The notes under the pieces are model-generated. The model saw only the letters and a program-made list of their open reading frames with translations, ran no database searches and was not told where the DNA came from. Positions 28,348 to 38,884 of a stretch of DNA of 64,000 nucleotides are shown here, piece after piece. Each line of letters begins with the position of its first letter. Positions within the stretch are counted from its first letter, which is position 1. Source of the stretch: an uncultured Oscillospiraceae bacterium. Its GTDB lineage: Bacteria > Bacillota > Clostridia > Oscillospirales > Oscillospiraceae. The stretch is from contig CAAFLG010000049.1 in assembly GCA_900763705.1 (NCBI GenBank), forward strand, positions 12,424 through 76,423, in the 5' to 3' direction. Both the position numbers and the translations under genes were made by a program.

Positions 28348-31300
28348 TTACAGCCGTACTTCTTCCCCGGCGGAGAAGAAGTACAGCAGCTTTTCCTTGA
28401 CCCGTTTCCCTGTCACGCGCGCGAGCGCCATGGAATAGGCCTCAAGCTGGGGGCGATAGTGCGCGGCGCGCTCTGCGAGGTTGTCGCGCGAGACGCGGTC
28501 AGTCTTGAAGTCCACGACCACGATCTCGCCGCCCTCTTCAAAGAAACAGTCCACCACGCCCTGCAAGAGCACCGCGTCATCCGCGTCCACGTTCGCAAAC
28601 TCCCGCACGGGGCGCAGCAGCGAGAAGCGGTACTCGCGTCGGACGCTTTCGCTCCTTCGGATGCGCTGCGCGAGCGGACTTTGCAAAAAGCGTACGATCG
28701 CGCGCACATCCACGGCCCGTGCCTGCTCGTCCGTCAGCTTGCGCTGCGTGCGCATCGACTCGATCTGCGCGCGCACGCCCGCCTCGTCCTCTGCGCGGGA
28801 AAAGTCGAGGTACTGCATCGCAAGATGGATCGCCGTGCCGCGTTCAGCGCCCGAAAGCGCCTCTTTCCCTGCAAGGAATTTTGGTTTACACAGGCTGCGC
28901 AATCTGGGCGGCAGCGTTGTATTCTCGGAGATCTCTTCGTCCAGCGCGCGGCCCTTGAGCTGCGTCGCCGTGAGCTTTGCAGGCAGGAGCGTCTCTGCGC
29001 GATGGGGGTATTCATACTCGAGCGCCAAAGTGTCCACGCGCATTTCCTCTGCCCGCGGCGCATCCTCGCGCGCTGTCTCGTCCTCTGCCGTGGGTGCAAA
29101 GGCGCTCAGCGCGTCGTGCACGCACACGGTCCACGGCGTTTCGTCGGCAAAAAAGCGACCCTCGCCGCTCTGCTCGGCAAACGCGCGGAGCGCATATGCT
29201 TCGCTGCGCTGCAAAAGCGGCAGCATGATCCAGTCCCCCATGCACTTGCCGTCGTCCACGGCCTCGGGCAGCACGGGACACGAGCTCACGGCCAGAAGAT
29301 CCCGGACGCGGCTGCGCGCGTTTGCCTGCGTATGCACCATCACGAGCTTTTCCTTCGCGCGCGTCATCGCAACGTAGAGCACGCGCATTTCCTCGGCCCT
29401 GGCCTCGCGCCGCAGCGTGTGCTCGAGCGCCTGGCGCGCAAGCGTCGGGTACTGGATATGCCGCTGCGTATCCACGCATACCGGGCCAAGGCCAAGCTGC
29501 GGATGCACCAAAACCGAACTCTGAAAGTCCATGTTGCTGAAGCGCCGCGCAAGATCCGACAAAATGACCACCGGGAACTCAAGGCCCTTCGACTTGTGGA
29601 TCGACATAATGCGCACGCCGCCGCTCACGCCCGCGCCCTGCGGTGCGTTCGCCTCCCCGCTCGCAAGCTGGGCGCGCAGAGCGCTGACGAAGGAGAAGAG
29701 GCCCAAGTGTCCCGCGCGCTCAAAATCCTCGCTCATCTGCAAAAAGGCAAGCAGGTTTTCTTTGCGCGCCTGTCCGTCCGTCATCGCGCCAAACACCGCC
29801 ATCACATGGCAGGCGCGGTAGATCTCGTCGAGCAGCTCCCGCACGCGAAGCGACGCCGCCCGCTCGCGAAGCGCGCGCAATTGGGCGAGAAAATGCGCCG
29901 TCTTCTCGCTCTCATCGGCGAACAGCGCATCATAAAAGTCGCCGCTTTTCCGCTTTGCGCGGATCTGCGCGAGCTCATCAGGCGTGAAGCCGAAGAGCGG
30001 CGATCTCAGCACCGACAGCAGCGGCACATCCTGACGCGGATTGTCGATGACTTGCAGGAGCGAGAAGAGCACCGCGATCTCCGTCGCGGCGAAAAAGTCG
30101 CCGCCCGCGTCCGAGGCGCAGCGCACCCCCCGCGACTCCATCGCGCGGCGGAAGTCTGCAAGGCGCGTTCGCGGCGAGCGCATCAGGATGACGATGTCCT
30201 CCTCGCGCACGGGACGCAGTTCTTTCGTCTCATCATCCTGTACAGGAAATTTACTTGTCAGCATATCGCGGATATAGTCCGCGACGAACGCGGCCTCGGC
30301 CTCGCTCGCGCGCACGCGCCGCTCGCCCGTCTGCGTTGGCAGGTCGAGCAGGTGGAACTCCGCGCCGCAGCGATCGGACGGCACGTAGCTCGCGCCGGGC
30401 CGCAGCATTTCGTCCTCGCCGTAGTCAAGCTCGCCCATTTCCTCGGAAAGAATGTTGCAGAAGACGAAATTCGTCGCCTCCAGCACCTCCTTGCGCGAGC
30501 GGAAATTGCGCGAGAGCAGGAGCTTCGCACTCTCATGCTCGCCCGCCGCCGCAAGGGGCGGCCATGTGTTGTAATGCTGCAAAAAGATGCGCGGGTCTGC
30601 CAGACGGAAGCGGTAAATACTCTGCTTCACATCTCCGACCGTGAAAAGGTTTTCTCCTTTACGGGATATCGCGTCAAAAATGCGGTTCTGCACCTCGTTG
30701 GTGTCCTGATACTCGTCCACCATGATCTCGCGGTAGCGCGCGCTGACGATGCGCGCAAGCTCTGTCGGCACGCCGTCCTCTCCGATGAGAAGGCGGATGG
30801 CCTCGTGCTCCTGATCGGAGAAGTCAGCAGAATTCCGCCGCCGCTTTTCCTCGTTGTACCGGCGGGAAAAGTCCGCCGTCAGGTCGATGAGCGCGAGCAT
30901 TGCGGGCGCCATCGTGCGCAGGTCCTCCACCGCCTCGTCGGACGAGGCGGAAAAAATCTCGGCAAAGCCCTTGACGGTCTCCTTGCAGTTGTCCCACAGG
31001 CTTTTCATGCGCGCTTTCATCTCGCCGCCGTCGCTGTCCTTCACCGCCGAGAGGCGGGGGAACGTGATCGCCGCGCCGCGCGAAGCATCCCAGCTCTCCT
31101 TTGTCTTCTCTTCCAGCGCGCCAAGCTGCAAGGAGACATCCAAAAAGGCGGGCGCATACTTCTGGTTCAGCGCGTCGTTTTCGCACATCTCCTGCGCCGC
31201 GCGGCTCAAAAGCTCCCTGCAATGGCGCGCCTTGCGCCGCACTTCGTTTAAGAGGATCCTGCCGTATGGCGTATCCTCGACCTTCTCCGGCACGGCGCGC

Positions 31301-31911
31301 CAGAACGCGCGCTGCGCGTCAAGCCACTTGTCCTCATAGGGCTGCGCCTGCAATTTTGCGTGCAGCTCGAGCACCAGCGCCTCGAGCGCGCTGTCGTCGC
31401 GCCCAGCGCCGAGCGTGTCGGCCAGCAGCGTGCCGCCGTCCGTCAGGCGGTCGTAAAAATCATCCAGCGTGCGCGCGAGCACGCGCTCGCGCAGCACCTG
31501 CGCCTCGTTCTCATCCAGCACGCGGAAATCCGGCCGCAGCGCATGACCGCGCGCGTCCTCGCTGAGCAGGTGGCAGTTCTCGCGCAGAAGTGCGGTGCAG
31601 AAGGCGTCCACTGTTTTGATGTCCGCGCGGTAAACGCGCAGCATCTGCCGCCGCAGATGCTCGTTGCCGGGGTCGCGCTCCATGCGCTCGGTGAGCGCCT
31701 TGGCGATCTTGCCGCGCAGCTCGCTCGCCGCGGCGCGCGTGTAGGTAATAATGAGGAAATCGTCAAGATCCGCGCCCTCGCGCTCCACATAGGAAAAGAG
31801 CCGCTCGACGAGCACCTTCGTCTTGCCCGAGCCTGCCGCCGCGGAGACAAGGAGGCTGCGCTCCCGACTGTCCACCGCCGCTTGCTGTTCATTCGTCAGT
31901 TTTTCAGCCAT
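28348..31911 (-). CDS. addA: Helicase-nuclease AddA
   Basis: AAAGSGKT, VDEYQD, SIHKSKGLE, YVAMTRA, QGVVD..VDFKTD nuclease. Confidence 0.95.
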   Translation of the reverse strand: MAEKLTNEQQAAVDSRERSLLVSAAAGSGKTKVLVERLFSYVEREGADLDDFLIITYTRAAASELRGKIAKALTERMERDPGNEHLRRQMLRVYRADIKTVDAFCTALLRENCHLLSEDARGHALRPDFRVLDENEAQVLRERVLARTLDDFYDRLTDGGTLLADTLGAGRDDSALEALVLELHAKLQAQPYEDKWLDAQRAFWRAVPEKVEDTPYGRILLNEVRRKARHCRELLSRAAQEMCENDALNQKYAPAFLDVSLQLGALEEKTKESWDASRGAAITFPRLSAVKDSDGGEMKARMKSLWDNCKETVKGFAEIFSASSDEAVEDLRTMAPAMLALIDLTADFSRRYNEEKRRRNSADFSDQEHEAIRLLIGEDGVPTELARIVSARYREIMVDEYQDTNEVQNRIFDAISRKGENLFTVGDVKQSIYRFRLADPRIFLQHYNTWPPLAAAGEHESAKLLLSRNFRSRKEVLEATNFVFCNILSEEMGELDYGEDEMLRPGASYVPSDRCGAEFHLLDLPTQTGERRVRASEAEAAFVADYIRDMLTSKFPVQDDETKELRPVREEDIVILMRSPRTRLADFRRAMESRGVRCASDAGGDFFAATEIAVLFSLLQVIDNPRQDVPLLSVLRSPLFGFTPDELAQIRAKRKSGDFYDALFADESEKTAHFLAQLRALRERAASLRVRELLDEIYRACHVMAVFGAMTDGQARKENLLAFLQMSEDFERAGHLGLFSFVSALRAQLASGEANAPQGAGVSGGVRIMSIHKSKGLEFPVVILSDLARRFSNMDFQSSVLVHPQLGLGPVCVDTQRHIQYPTLARQALEHTLRREARAEEMRVLYVAMTRAKEKLVMVHTQANARSRVRDLLAVSSCPVLPEAVDDGKCMGDWIMLPLLQRSEAYALRAFAEQSGEGRFFADETPWTVCVHDALSAFAPTAEDETAREDAPRAEEMRVDTLALEYEYPHRAETLLPAKLTATQLKGRALDEEISENTTLPPRLRSLCKPKFLAGKEALSGAERGTAIHLAMQYLDFSRAEDEAGVRAQIESMRTQRKLTDEQARAVDVRAIVRFLQSPLAQRIRRSESVRREYRFSLLRPVREFANVDADDAVLLQGVVDCFFEEGGEIVVVDFKTDRVSRDNLAERAAHYRPQLEAYSMALARVTGKRVKEKLLYFFSAGEEVRL

Positions 31912-34900
31912 TCTCGCGCGCCCCCTCTCCGTTCACTTCGTCTATATGCTGCCAGAATTCGTCGTTCTTCGTTGCTTTGATGTATTCCATGCGGTCGCTG
32001 CCGCTGCCCTCTTCGAAGTGGCAGGCACTTGCGAACTCGCAGTAAGTGCAGGCCGACTGCTGCGGCGTGCGCGCGTAAGGGTCGGCATCGATGTTGCCGG
32101 AGAAGACCTCGCCCGCGATCTCGCGCAGCACGCGGTCCACATAGCGGGCGAGCTTTTCAAACTGCCCCTCGGAGGCAAGGTTTCCCGTCACCGTGCCGTC
32201 CTTTTTCACCGCGATGGGAAGATAACTCGCCTCTTCGAGCGCGCTGTGCTCCATCGCTTGCAGGACAGCCGCCTCTTCCAGCACCATGCCGCTGCGCCTG
32301 AGCTCCTTTTTGCGCGCCTTTTCGATCTTTTCCGGCGCAGTGTCGCGCGCGCAGCGCAGCATCGGTTCGCGCGCGGGCGTGTAAAGCACACCCGCCGGGA
32401 CAATCTCCTTCCCGCCGAAGAGCGCACCGCCCGCCTGCTCGAGCGCAAAGAGGTAGAGCAGCATCTGTAGGCCCAGTCCGTAGCGCACCTCCGCAAGGTC
32501 GAAGCTCTTGCGCCCTGTCTTATAGTCCACAACGCGCAGATAGAGCTTTCCGCCGTGCTCCCAGCCGTCCACGCGGTCAACCTTTCCGACCACACGCGCG
32601 GTGTTTCCCTTTTCGCGCACGGTGATGGCGGGCATCTGCCCGCCCGGCCCGAAGGCAAGCTCAAATGCCATCGGCTCAAAGTCCGAGTGCTTGAGTTCGT
32701 CCGCCACCTCGTCCATGATGCGCTGCGTGGAATCGCACAGGCGGTCAAAGAGGTAGCGGAAGCGAGCGCTCTTTTCCGAAAGATCCGGCAGCACGCGCGC
32801 CTTGTAGTCCGCGATGGCCTCCTGCACCAGCGCGTGCAGTTCCGCCTTTTCAAGCGTGTGCAATCCGCCGCGCGTCTTTGCCGCGCGCAGCGTGTGCTCC
32901 ATCACATCATGCACGAAGGTGCCGATCTGCGGGGCGTCAAAGCCCGCGCCCGTGCGCTCCTTTGCGCGCAGGCCGTAGCGCAGGAAGTAGGCAAAGTGGC
33001 ACGCGCGCGCCTTATCCATCTGCGAGGCGGACAGGCGCAGCGCATCGCCGTAGAGCGAACGCACCGCATTTCTTGAGAGCTTGCCGCGCGTGGTGCGCGA
33101 GGCCGCGCGCATCGCCGCAAGCACACTCTCCGCATCGGCCCTTCCTTCAAAATACTGCCACAGCGCGCCGCCGATGTGCTCGCCCGCATACTCGAGCGCC
33201 GCGTCCTTTGCCGTCAGGCGATACGCCTTGTCAGCATCTTCTTTCTGTACCTTTACGTCCGGCAGCAGGCGCGCGATGCGCCCGATGGCGAACGAGGGAC
33301 GCTTCTCTCCGCCCGCGCCGTCCGACACGGGGTAGGAAAGCGTCAGCTTTTCCGTCGGCTGGGCGAGAGAGGCGTAAAGGTTCTGAATTTCCAGCCGGAA
33401 CTGCTCCATGCCGTGCGGCGCAAGGAAGATCTCGCGCTGCTCGAGCGCCTCTCTGTCCTCGTCGCGCAGCACGCCGCCGCCCGTTTCCGCCGCGGGCAGC
33501 ACGCCGTCGTTTGCGCCGAGCAGGAAGAGCGCGCGCACCGTATGGCGGTCGTTTCGCGTCATCTCGCAGAGGTTCACCGCGTCCAGCGTCACGGGGATCG
33601 TGCCCACGCTGTACTGCGTCAGCACGAGGCGGAAGAGCTGGGCGAATTCCTCGGCGCCGAGCACCGTGTCGCCCAGGATCTCCACAAACTGATCCATCAC
33701 GCCGCAGAGGATGGTCCACAGCTGCGCCGTTTCCTCGGCGCGCTGTGCCTCTCCTTCGGAAAAGAGGCGTTCGGTCTGCGCTTGCAGCGCATCCGGCAGG
33801 TCGATCTCTTCTAGGTAGTCATAGAGCGCACGGACCTTCTCCTCCGCCGTGCCGCTGCCGCCCACGCCCTCCTTGAGGTGCGCGAACGGGCCCTGCACGC
33901 GCGCTCTGAGCGCGTTCACCGCCGCAAGGCGCTCTCTTGCCTCATCCGTCCAGTCCGCGCCGTAGCCGTCGGGGTGCGCGCTCCACGGCGTTTCCCGCGT
34001 CCATGCGCCCCCGCGCACCTCCCACTTGAGCGCGTAATTTTCAAGGAGGTCGCACTCTTCCATCGTAAGCCCCGCAAGCCCCGTTTTGAGGCAGCGGAAC
34101 ACGTCCTCATATTCAAATCCGCCCGTCGCCGCGTCGAGCGCGCCGAGCAGCAGCGTCAGGACGCTGCTGCGCAGAATGTCGCTCCGGTGGGCATAGTAGA
34201 GCGGGATGCCGAAGCGCGCGAAGGCCGTTTGCAGCGCAGCGGCATAGCTTTCAAGGTTCCGCGCCGTGACCGTGATGTCGCGGTAGCGATAGCCCTGCTC
34301 GCGCACGAGCGAGAGGATCTGCGCGGCGACCCATTCGCACTCGCTGTAGGCACTGCTCGCCTCGTAGAGCACGACGGCGTCCGTCCCGCCCGGCAATGTA
34401 CGCGCAGGGCCGAAAAAGCAGCGCTCGATGTGCGAAAGCGCGCCGCTATCGCCGCTCGGCGCAAGCGTTTCTTCCTCGCAGGGAACGCCCGCGTCGCGCG
34501 CAAGGGCGATGAGCTGCGCGCGCACGCGCAGCCCCGCCGAAAATAGCTCCCGGTCGCCATCATCGCCCAGCAGCGTGACCGTCACGCTCTTCGCGCGGCG
34601 CAGCAGGATGCGCAGGATGCGCAGCTCGCGCCCCGTAAAGTAGGAAAAGCCGTCCAGAAACACGTCTTTCCCGTCGATGTAGCCCGATTCCTCCAGGTGC
34701 TCCTCCAGCTTTTGCAGCGCCTCGCGCGCATCGCGTCCCGGCGCGTTGAGCTTGGCGAGATAGACGCCGTACAAAAGCGCGATGTCGCGCAGCTTGTCGC
34801 CGCTCTCGCCCTCAAGGTCTTCGACGCGCTCGGCAAGCGTTTCCGGCGCAACGGCATAGGCTTGCAGCTCCTCCATCACATCGAGCAGGCTCTCGAGAAA

Positions 34901-35239
34901 TGCCGCGCGCTGCGACGCCCTGCGGTAGACCTTGAGCGACGGCGCAAGCTCTGTGAGCGCGCGTTGGAGCGTCAGGAGTTTTCCGCCTGCGTCCAGCGTC
35001 ACGTCCGCACTGCCGCCGCAGACTTGCAGCACACGCGTGGAGAGCAGCTTGAAGGTCAATACCTCCGCGTGGCGCGAGGCCGCGTCGCCGCAGGCGCGGC
35101 ACACGTCCATCTCCGCCACGTGCGATGCGTGCTCCGGCACGAGCAATATCTGCTGCGAGGAATCGCCCAATTCCGCGATCCTTTTCAGCACGCGCTCGGA
35201 TTTGCCCGTGCGCGCGCGGCCCATCAGAAGATGCAGCAA
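31904..35239 (-). CDS. addB: Helicase-nuclease AddB
   Basis: GRARTGKS, LVPEH, GKVDRVD..VDYKTG..LQMLLY, Fe-S Cys (ACHF; CTYCEFASAC); TTG start inferred. Confidence 0.93.
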   Translation of the reverse strand: MLHLLMGRARTGKSERVLKRIAELGDSSQQILLVPEHASHVAEMDVCRACGDAASRHAEVLTFKLLSTRVLQVCGGSADVTLDAGGKLLTLQRALTELAPSLKVYRRASQRAAFLESLLDVMEELQAYAVAPETLAERVEDLEGESGDKLRDIALLYGVYLAKLNAPGRDAREALQKLEEHLEESGYIDGKDVFLDGFSYFTGRELRILRILLRRAKSVTVTLLGDDGDRELFSAGLRVRAQLIALARDAGVPCEEETLAPSGDSGALSHIERCFFGPARTLPGGTDAVVLYEASSAYSECEWVAAQILSLVREQGYRYRDITVTARNLESYAAALQTAFARFGIPLYYAHRSDILRSSVLTLLLGALDAATGGFEYEDVFRCLKTGLAGLTMEECDLLENYALKWEVRGGAWTRETPWSAHPDGYGADWTDEARERLAAVNALRARVQGPFAHLKEGVGGSGTAEEKVRALYDYLEEIDLPDALQAQTERLFSEGEAQRAEETAQLWTILCGVMDQFVEILGDTVLGAEEFAQLFRLVLTQYSVGTIPVTLDAVNLCEMTRNDRHTVRALFLLGANDGVLPAAETGGGVLRDEDREALEQREIFLAPHGMEQFRLEIQNLYASLAQPTEKLTLSYPVSDGAGGEKRPSFAIGRIARLLPDVKVQKEDADKAYRLTAKDAALEYAGEHIGGALWQYFEGRADAESVLAAMRAASRTTRGKLSRNAVRSLYGDALRLSASQMDKARACHFAYFLRYGLRAKERTGAGFDAPQIGTFVHDVMEHTLRAAKTRGGLHTLEKAELHALVQEAIADYKARVLPDLSEKSARFRYLFDRLCDSTQRIMDEVADELKHSDFEPMAFELAFGPGGQMPAITVREKGNTARVVGKVDRVDGWEHGGKLYLRVVDYKTGRKSFDLAEVRYGLGLQMLLYLFALEQAGGALFGGKEIVPAGVLYTPAREPMLRCARDTAPEKIEKARKKELRRSGMVLEEAAVLQAMEHSALEEASYLPIAVKKDGTVTGNLASEGQFEKLARYVDRVLREIAGEVFSGNIDADPYARTPQQSACTYCEFASACHFEEGSGSDRMEYIKATKNDEFWQHIDEVNGEGARENG

Positions 35240-35321
35240 ACATTCCGCCCCCTTTTTTCGTCTCATTTTGCAACAAGTGTACCATATTTTTCGTCTCTCG
35301 GCAACGAAGAAAGCTCTGCGT

Positions 35322-35350
35322 GCATATTTTTCCCGCGCGCGGAAACACTA
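35322..35350 (+). promoter_or_regulatory. Putative sigmaF/G promoter of the DUF378 gene
   Basis: GCATA...GGAAACACTA. Confidence 0.5.
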
Positions 35351-35383
35351 GCGGCGATGAATCCATGCGAAGGAGGGTACTCT

Positions 35384-35605
35384 ATGGTCATCGATAAGAT
35401 CGCGCTCATTCTCGCCATCATCGGCGCGCTCAACTGGGGAAGCGTGGGACTGTTCGGCTTCGACTGCGTCGCCTTTCTCTTCGGCGGTCAGATCGGGATG
35501 CTCAGCCGCGTGATCTACACGCTCGTGGGACTCGCCGGCATCTGGTGCATCACGATGCTGTTTCGGGAGGCCGCGCCGACGGAAAGCGGCGGCCATACGA
35601 AATAA
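35384..35605 (+). CDS. DUF378 (YuzA-like) small membrane protein
   Basis: IALILAIIGALNWG..RVIYTLVGLAG; AGGAGG RBS. Confidence 0.9.
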   Translation: MVIDKIALILAIIGALNWGSVGLFGFDCVAFLFGGQIGMLSRVIYTLVGLAGIWCITMLFREAAPTESGGHTK

Positions 35606-35642
35606 TAAAAGGAGGGCTTAGCCCTCCTTTTATTGTTTTCCG

Positions 35643-37019
35643 TCATTCTTTTGTTCCTTCCAGCTCGCGCATCGAGCGGCGGAACTGGCGGTAGAACATC
35701 ACGCTCGTCATCACCACCGCGCCGAAGTCGGCGACGGGCTCTGCCAAAAACACCGCAAATGCCTTGTCCGCGAAAAAGTGCGGCAGAATATAGATGAGCG
35801 GGATGAGCAGGATGATCTTGCGCCACACGGCGAGGAAGAGCGACGTCTTCGCGTTGCCGAGCGCCACAAACGTCTGCTGGCAGGCGATCTGGATGCCGAA
35901 AATGCCGCTGCACCCCATGTAGATGCGCACGGCCCACGCCGCGTATTCGACCAGCGCAGGGTCATTATTGAAAATCAGGATGAACGCGCGCGGGAAGAGC
36001 CCGACCAGAAGCCAGATGGCCATTGAATAGCTCAGGCAGGCGCGCAGCAGGCAGGAAAATGCCTCGCGCACGCGCTGGGCGTTCTTTGCGCCGAAGTTGT
36101 AGCTCACGATGGGCTGCGCGCCCTGTGTTAAGCCCTGAAGCGGCATATTCGAAAACTGCATGATGCTCGTCAGCACTGTCATCGTGCCGACGGCCATGTC
36201 GCCGCCGTAGCGCAGGAGAGATGAGTTGAAGCAGATGGCGATGAGGCTCTCCGTCGACTGCATCACAAACGGGGAAAGGCCCAGCGCGATGCACGGCAGC
36301 ACGACCTTTGCGCTCACGCGGAGGTTCTCGCGTTTCAGATGCCAGTGCGTCTTCTTCCCCGTGAGGAAGGCCATCACCCACAAAGCCGACACCGCCTGAG
36401 AAAGCACCGTTGCCAGCGCCGCCCCGCGCACGCCGAGGCCGAACACAAAGATAAAAAGAGGGTCGAGCGCGATGTTGAGCAGCGCGCCGATGAGCACCGT
36501 TTTCATGCTCACGGTGGCAAATCCCTGCGCCGTGATGTAGGCGTTCATGCCGAGCGTGAGCTGGACGAAGACCGTGCCGAGAGCGTAGATGCGCATATAG
36601 TCGAGCGCATAGCCCACGGTGTTCTCGCTCGCACCGAAGAGCAGCAGCAGCTTTTCCGCAAACAGCTCAAAAACAATCGTCAGCACGAGCGAGGTGATGA
36701 GCAGCATCGTCAGACAGTTGCCCATGATGCGCTCAGACTTTCTCCTTTCGCCCGCGCCCTCGGCGATCGAGGCGCGCGGCGCGCCGCCAATGGCCATGAG
36801 CGAGGCAAAGGCCGCGATGACCATGATGATCGGCAGGCACACGCCCACGCCCGTGAGCGCGAGCTTGCCGACCGTTTCCGCCGGCTGCATATGGCCGATG
36901 AACACGCGGTCCACCAGATTATAGAGCATATTGACGATCTGGGAGGTGATCGTCGGCACGGAGAGGGAAAAGAGCAGCTTTTTGATGTTTCCCTGCCCGA
37001 GATCAGCGTATTGACTCAC
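35643..37019 (-). CDS. MATE family efflux transporter
   Basis: LYNLVDRVFIG, NIALDPLFIF, GAQPIVSYNFGA; start approximate. Confidence 0.93.
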   Translation of the reverse strand: MSQYADLGQGNIKKLLFSLSVPTITSQIVNMLYNLVDRVFIGHMQPAETVGKLALTGVGVCLPIIMVIAAFASLMAIGGAPRASIAEGAGERRKSERIMGNCLTMLLITSLVLTIVFELFAEKLLLLFGASENTVGYALDYMRIYALGTVFVQLTLGMNAYITAQGFATVSMKTVLIGALLNIALDPLFIFVFGLGVRGAALATVLSQAVSALWVMAFLTGKKTHWHLKRENLRVSAKVVLPCIALGLSPFVMQSTESLIAICFNSSLLRYGGDMAVGTMTVLTSIMQFSNMPLQGLTQGAQPIVSYNFGAKNAQRVREAFSCLLRACLSYSMAIWLLVGLFPRAFILIFNNDPALVEYAAWAVRIYMGCSGIFGIQIACQQTFVALGNAKTSLFLAVWRKIILLIPLIYILPHFFADKAFAVFLAEPVADFGAVVMTSVMFYRQFRRSMRELEGTKE

Positions 37020-37233
37020 AGTTCTCACCCTTCTATTACAGCAGTACCCGATAAGATATCACATCGCACTCCCGCCGTCAAGTGCGGCGCAAAAGCAAAA
37101 TGCGCGGAAATTAAGACTTTTTTTGCTTTCTCCATTGCTTTTTCCACTGCGGTTATTGTATACTTTAAAAGATGCAACCGCGCCGGAAAAGTAATGATGC
37201 TTTTTCGGATCATTATCATCAGGAGGAACCACC

Positions 37234-38514
37234 ATGAACGAAAAGTTTTCCAAGCTCGGCTTCTATCCTTCCGACATTCTGCTGCCCAAGAATGTGGATA
37301 TGAGCAAGTGGGCTGTTGTTGCCTGCGACCAGTTCACCTCTGAGCCCGAGTACTGGGAGCGCGTGGAGAAGACCGTCGGCGATGCGCCGTCCACCCGCCG
37401 TCTCATTCTGCCCGAGGCCAACCTGAAGGCCCCCAATGTTGACGAGTTCATCGCCGACATCAACGCTTCCATGAGCAAGTATCTCAGCGAGGGCATCTTT
37501 GAAACGCTCAAGGACTCCCTCATTTATATTGAGCGCGGCCAGAGCGACGGCAAGATCCGCCACGGCCTCATCGGCATGATCGACCTCGATCAGTATGACT
37601 TCACCCCCGGCTCCGGCGCGCTCATCCGTGCCACCGAGGGCACCGTGCTCGACCGTATCCCCCCGCGCGCCCGCGTGCGCCGCAACGCCCCCATCGAGCT
37701 GCCCCACGTCATGCTGCTCATCGACGACCCCGAGAAGACCGTCATCGAGCCGCTGACCGCCGCTGCCGGCACGATGGAGAGCCTCTATGACTTCGACCTC
37801 ATGGAGAACGGCGGCCACATCAAGGGCTACAAGCTCTCCGACGCGCAGATTGACGCCGTGGCCGACGCGCTGACCGGCCTCACCACCGACGAGGCGATGA
37901 AGAGCAAGTACGGTGTTTCCGGCGTTGCTCCGCTGCTGTTCGCCGTGGGCGACGGCAACCACTCCCTCGCCACCGCCAAAGCCTGCTACGAGGAACAGAA
38001 GAAGGGCAAGACGCCCGAGGAGTACCTCGCGCTTCCCTCCCGCTACGCACTTGTCGAGGTCGTGAACAACCACGACGACGCGCTGCAGTTCGAGCCCATC
38101 CACCGCGTGCTCTTCGACGTCGACCGCGAGAAGTTCATGGACGAGTTCAAGAAGTTCTACCCCAACGCCCACGAGGGCAAGGGCGAAGGTCACGTCATTG
38201 AGGTCTGCTGGGCCGGTCATGACGATTTCATCACCGTTCCCGACCCGAAGGTCCAGCTTGCCGTCGGCACGCTGCAGGCCTTCATCGACGAGTACCTCAA
38301 GAACTTCGGCGGCGAGGTCGACTACATCCACGGCGATGAAGTCACCCGCGAGCTCGGCTCCAAGGAGGGCAACATGGGCTTCCTGCTGCCCGCGATGGGC
38401 AAGGAGCAGCTCTTCAAGACCGTCATGGCTGACGGCGTGCTGCCCCGCAAGACCTTCTCCATGGGTCACGCGCAGGACAAGCGCTACTACATCGAGGCGC
38501 GCAAGATCCGCTGA
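37234..38514 (+). CDS. DUF1015 family protein
   Basis: ACDQFTS, IRATEGT, VGDGNHSLA, LPRKTFSMG. Confidence 0.85.
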   Translation: MNEKFSKLGFYPSDILLPKNVDMSKWAVVACDQFTSEPEYWERVEKTVGDAPSTRRLILPEANLKAPNVDEFIADINASMSKYLSEGIFETLKDSLIYIERGQSDGKIRHGLIGMIDLDQYDFTPGSGALIRATEGTVLDRIPPRARVRRNAPIELPHVMLLIDDPEKTVIEPLTAAAGTMESLYDFDLMENGGHIKGYKLSDAQIDAVADALTGLTTDEAMKSKYGVSGVAPLLFAVGDGNHSLATAKACYEEQKKGKTPEEYLALPSRYALVEVVNNHDDALQFEPIHRVLFDVDREKFMDEFKKFYPNAHEGKGEGHVIEVCWAGHDDFITVPDPKVQLAVGTLQAFIDEYLKNFGGEVDYIHGDEVTRELGSKEGNMGFLLPAMGKEQLFKTVMADGVLPRKTFSMGHAQDKRYYIEARKIR

Positions 38515-38577
38515 TCTAATGTAACCATTGCAGAAAAGCGCCGCCTTGCGGCGCTTTTCTCATCAGGAGGATTCCCT

Positions 38578-38865
38578 ATGGATTTGAAAACAGCCAGGAT
38601 CTGGCAGGATGTATTGCTCTGGGGCGGCGCAGTGGTCTCCCTCGTCGGCGCGTGGGGCTTTCAAAACACCGTCGCCGCGCTCGTCGGTCTCATGATGATG
38701 GGCGCTTCGCTCATCGTCTGGTGGCGCTTTTACCGCTGCCCCAAGTGCGGCGAACACCTCGGCCGCGGCACGCCGAAGCGCTGCCCGCACTGCGGTACAT
38801 GGGTCGCAAGCGAACCGGAGCCCGAGCAGAAGAAGAAAATTCAGCACAAGAAAAAGAAGCACTGA
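38578..38865 (+). CDS. Small 2-TM protein with double Zn-ribbon
   Basis: Two TM, then RCPKCGEHLGR..RCPHCG; AGGAGG RBS. Confidence 0.8.
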   Translation: MDLKTARIWQDVLLWGGAVVSLVGAWGFQNTVAALVGLMMMGASLIVWWRFYRCPKCGEHLGRGTPKRCPHCGTWVASEPEPEQKKKIQHKKKKH

Positions 38866-38884
38866 GCGCAGGAAGGAGACCGCA

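Noticed and set aside
34697..35383. 302-aa ORF as an N-terminal extension of DUF378
   Set aside because: Antisense to addB; the true start has AGGAGG before 35384
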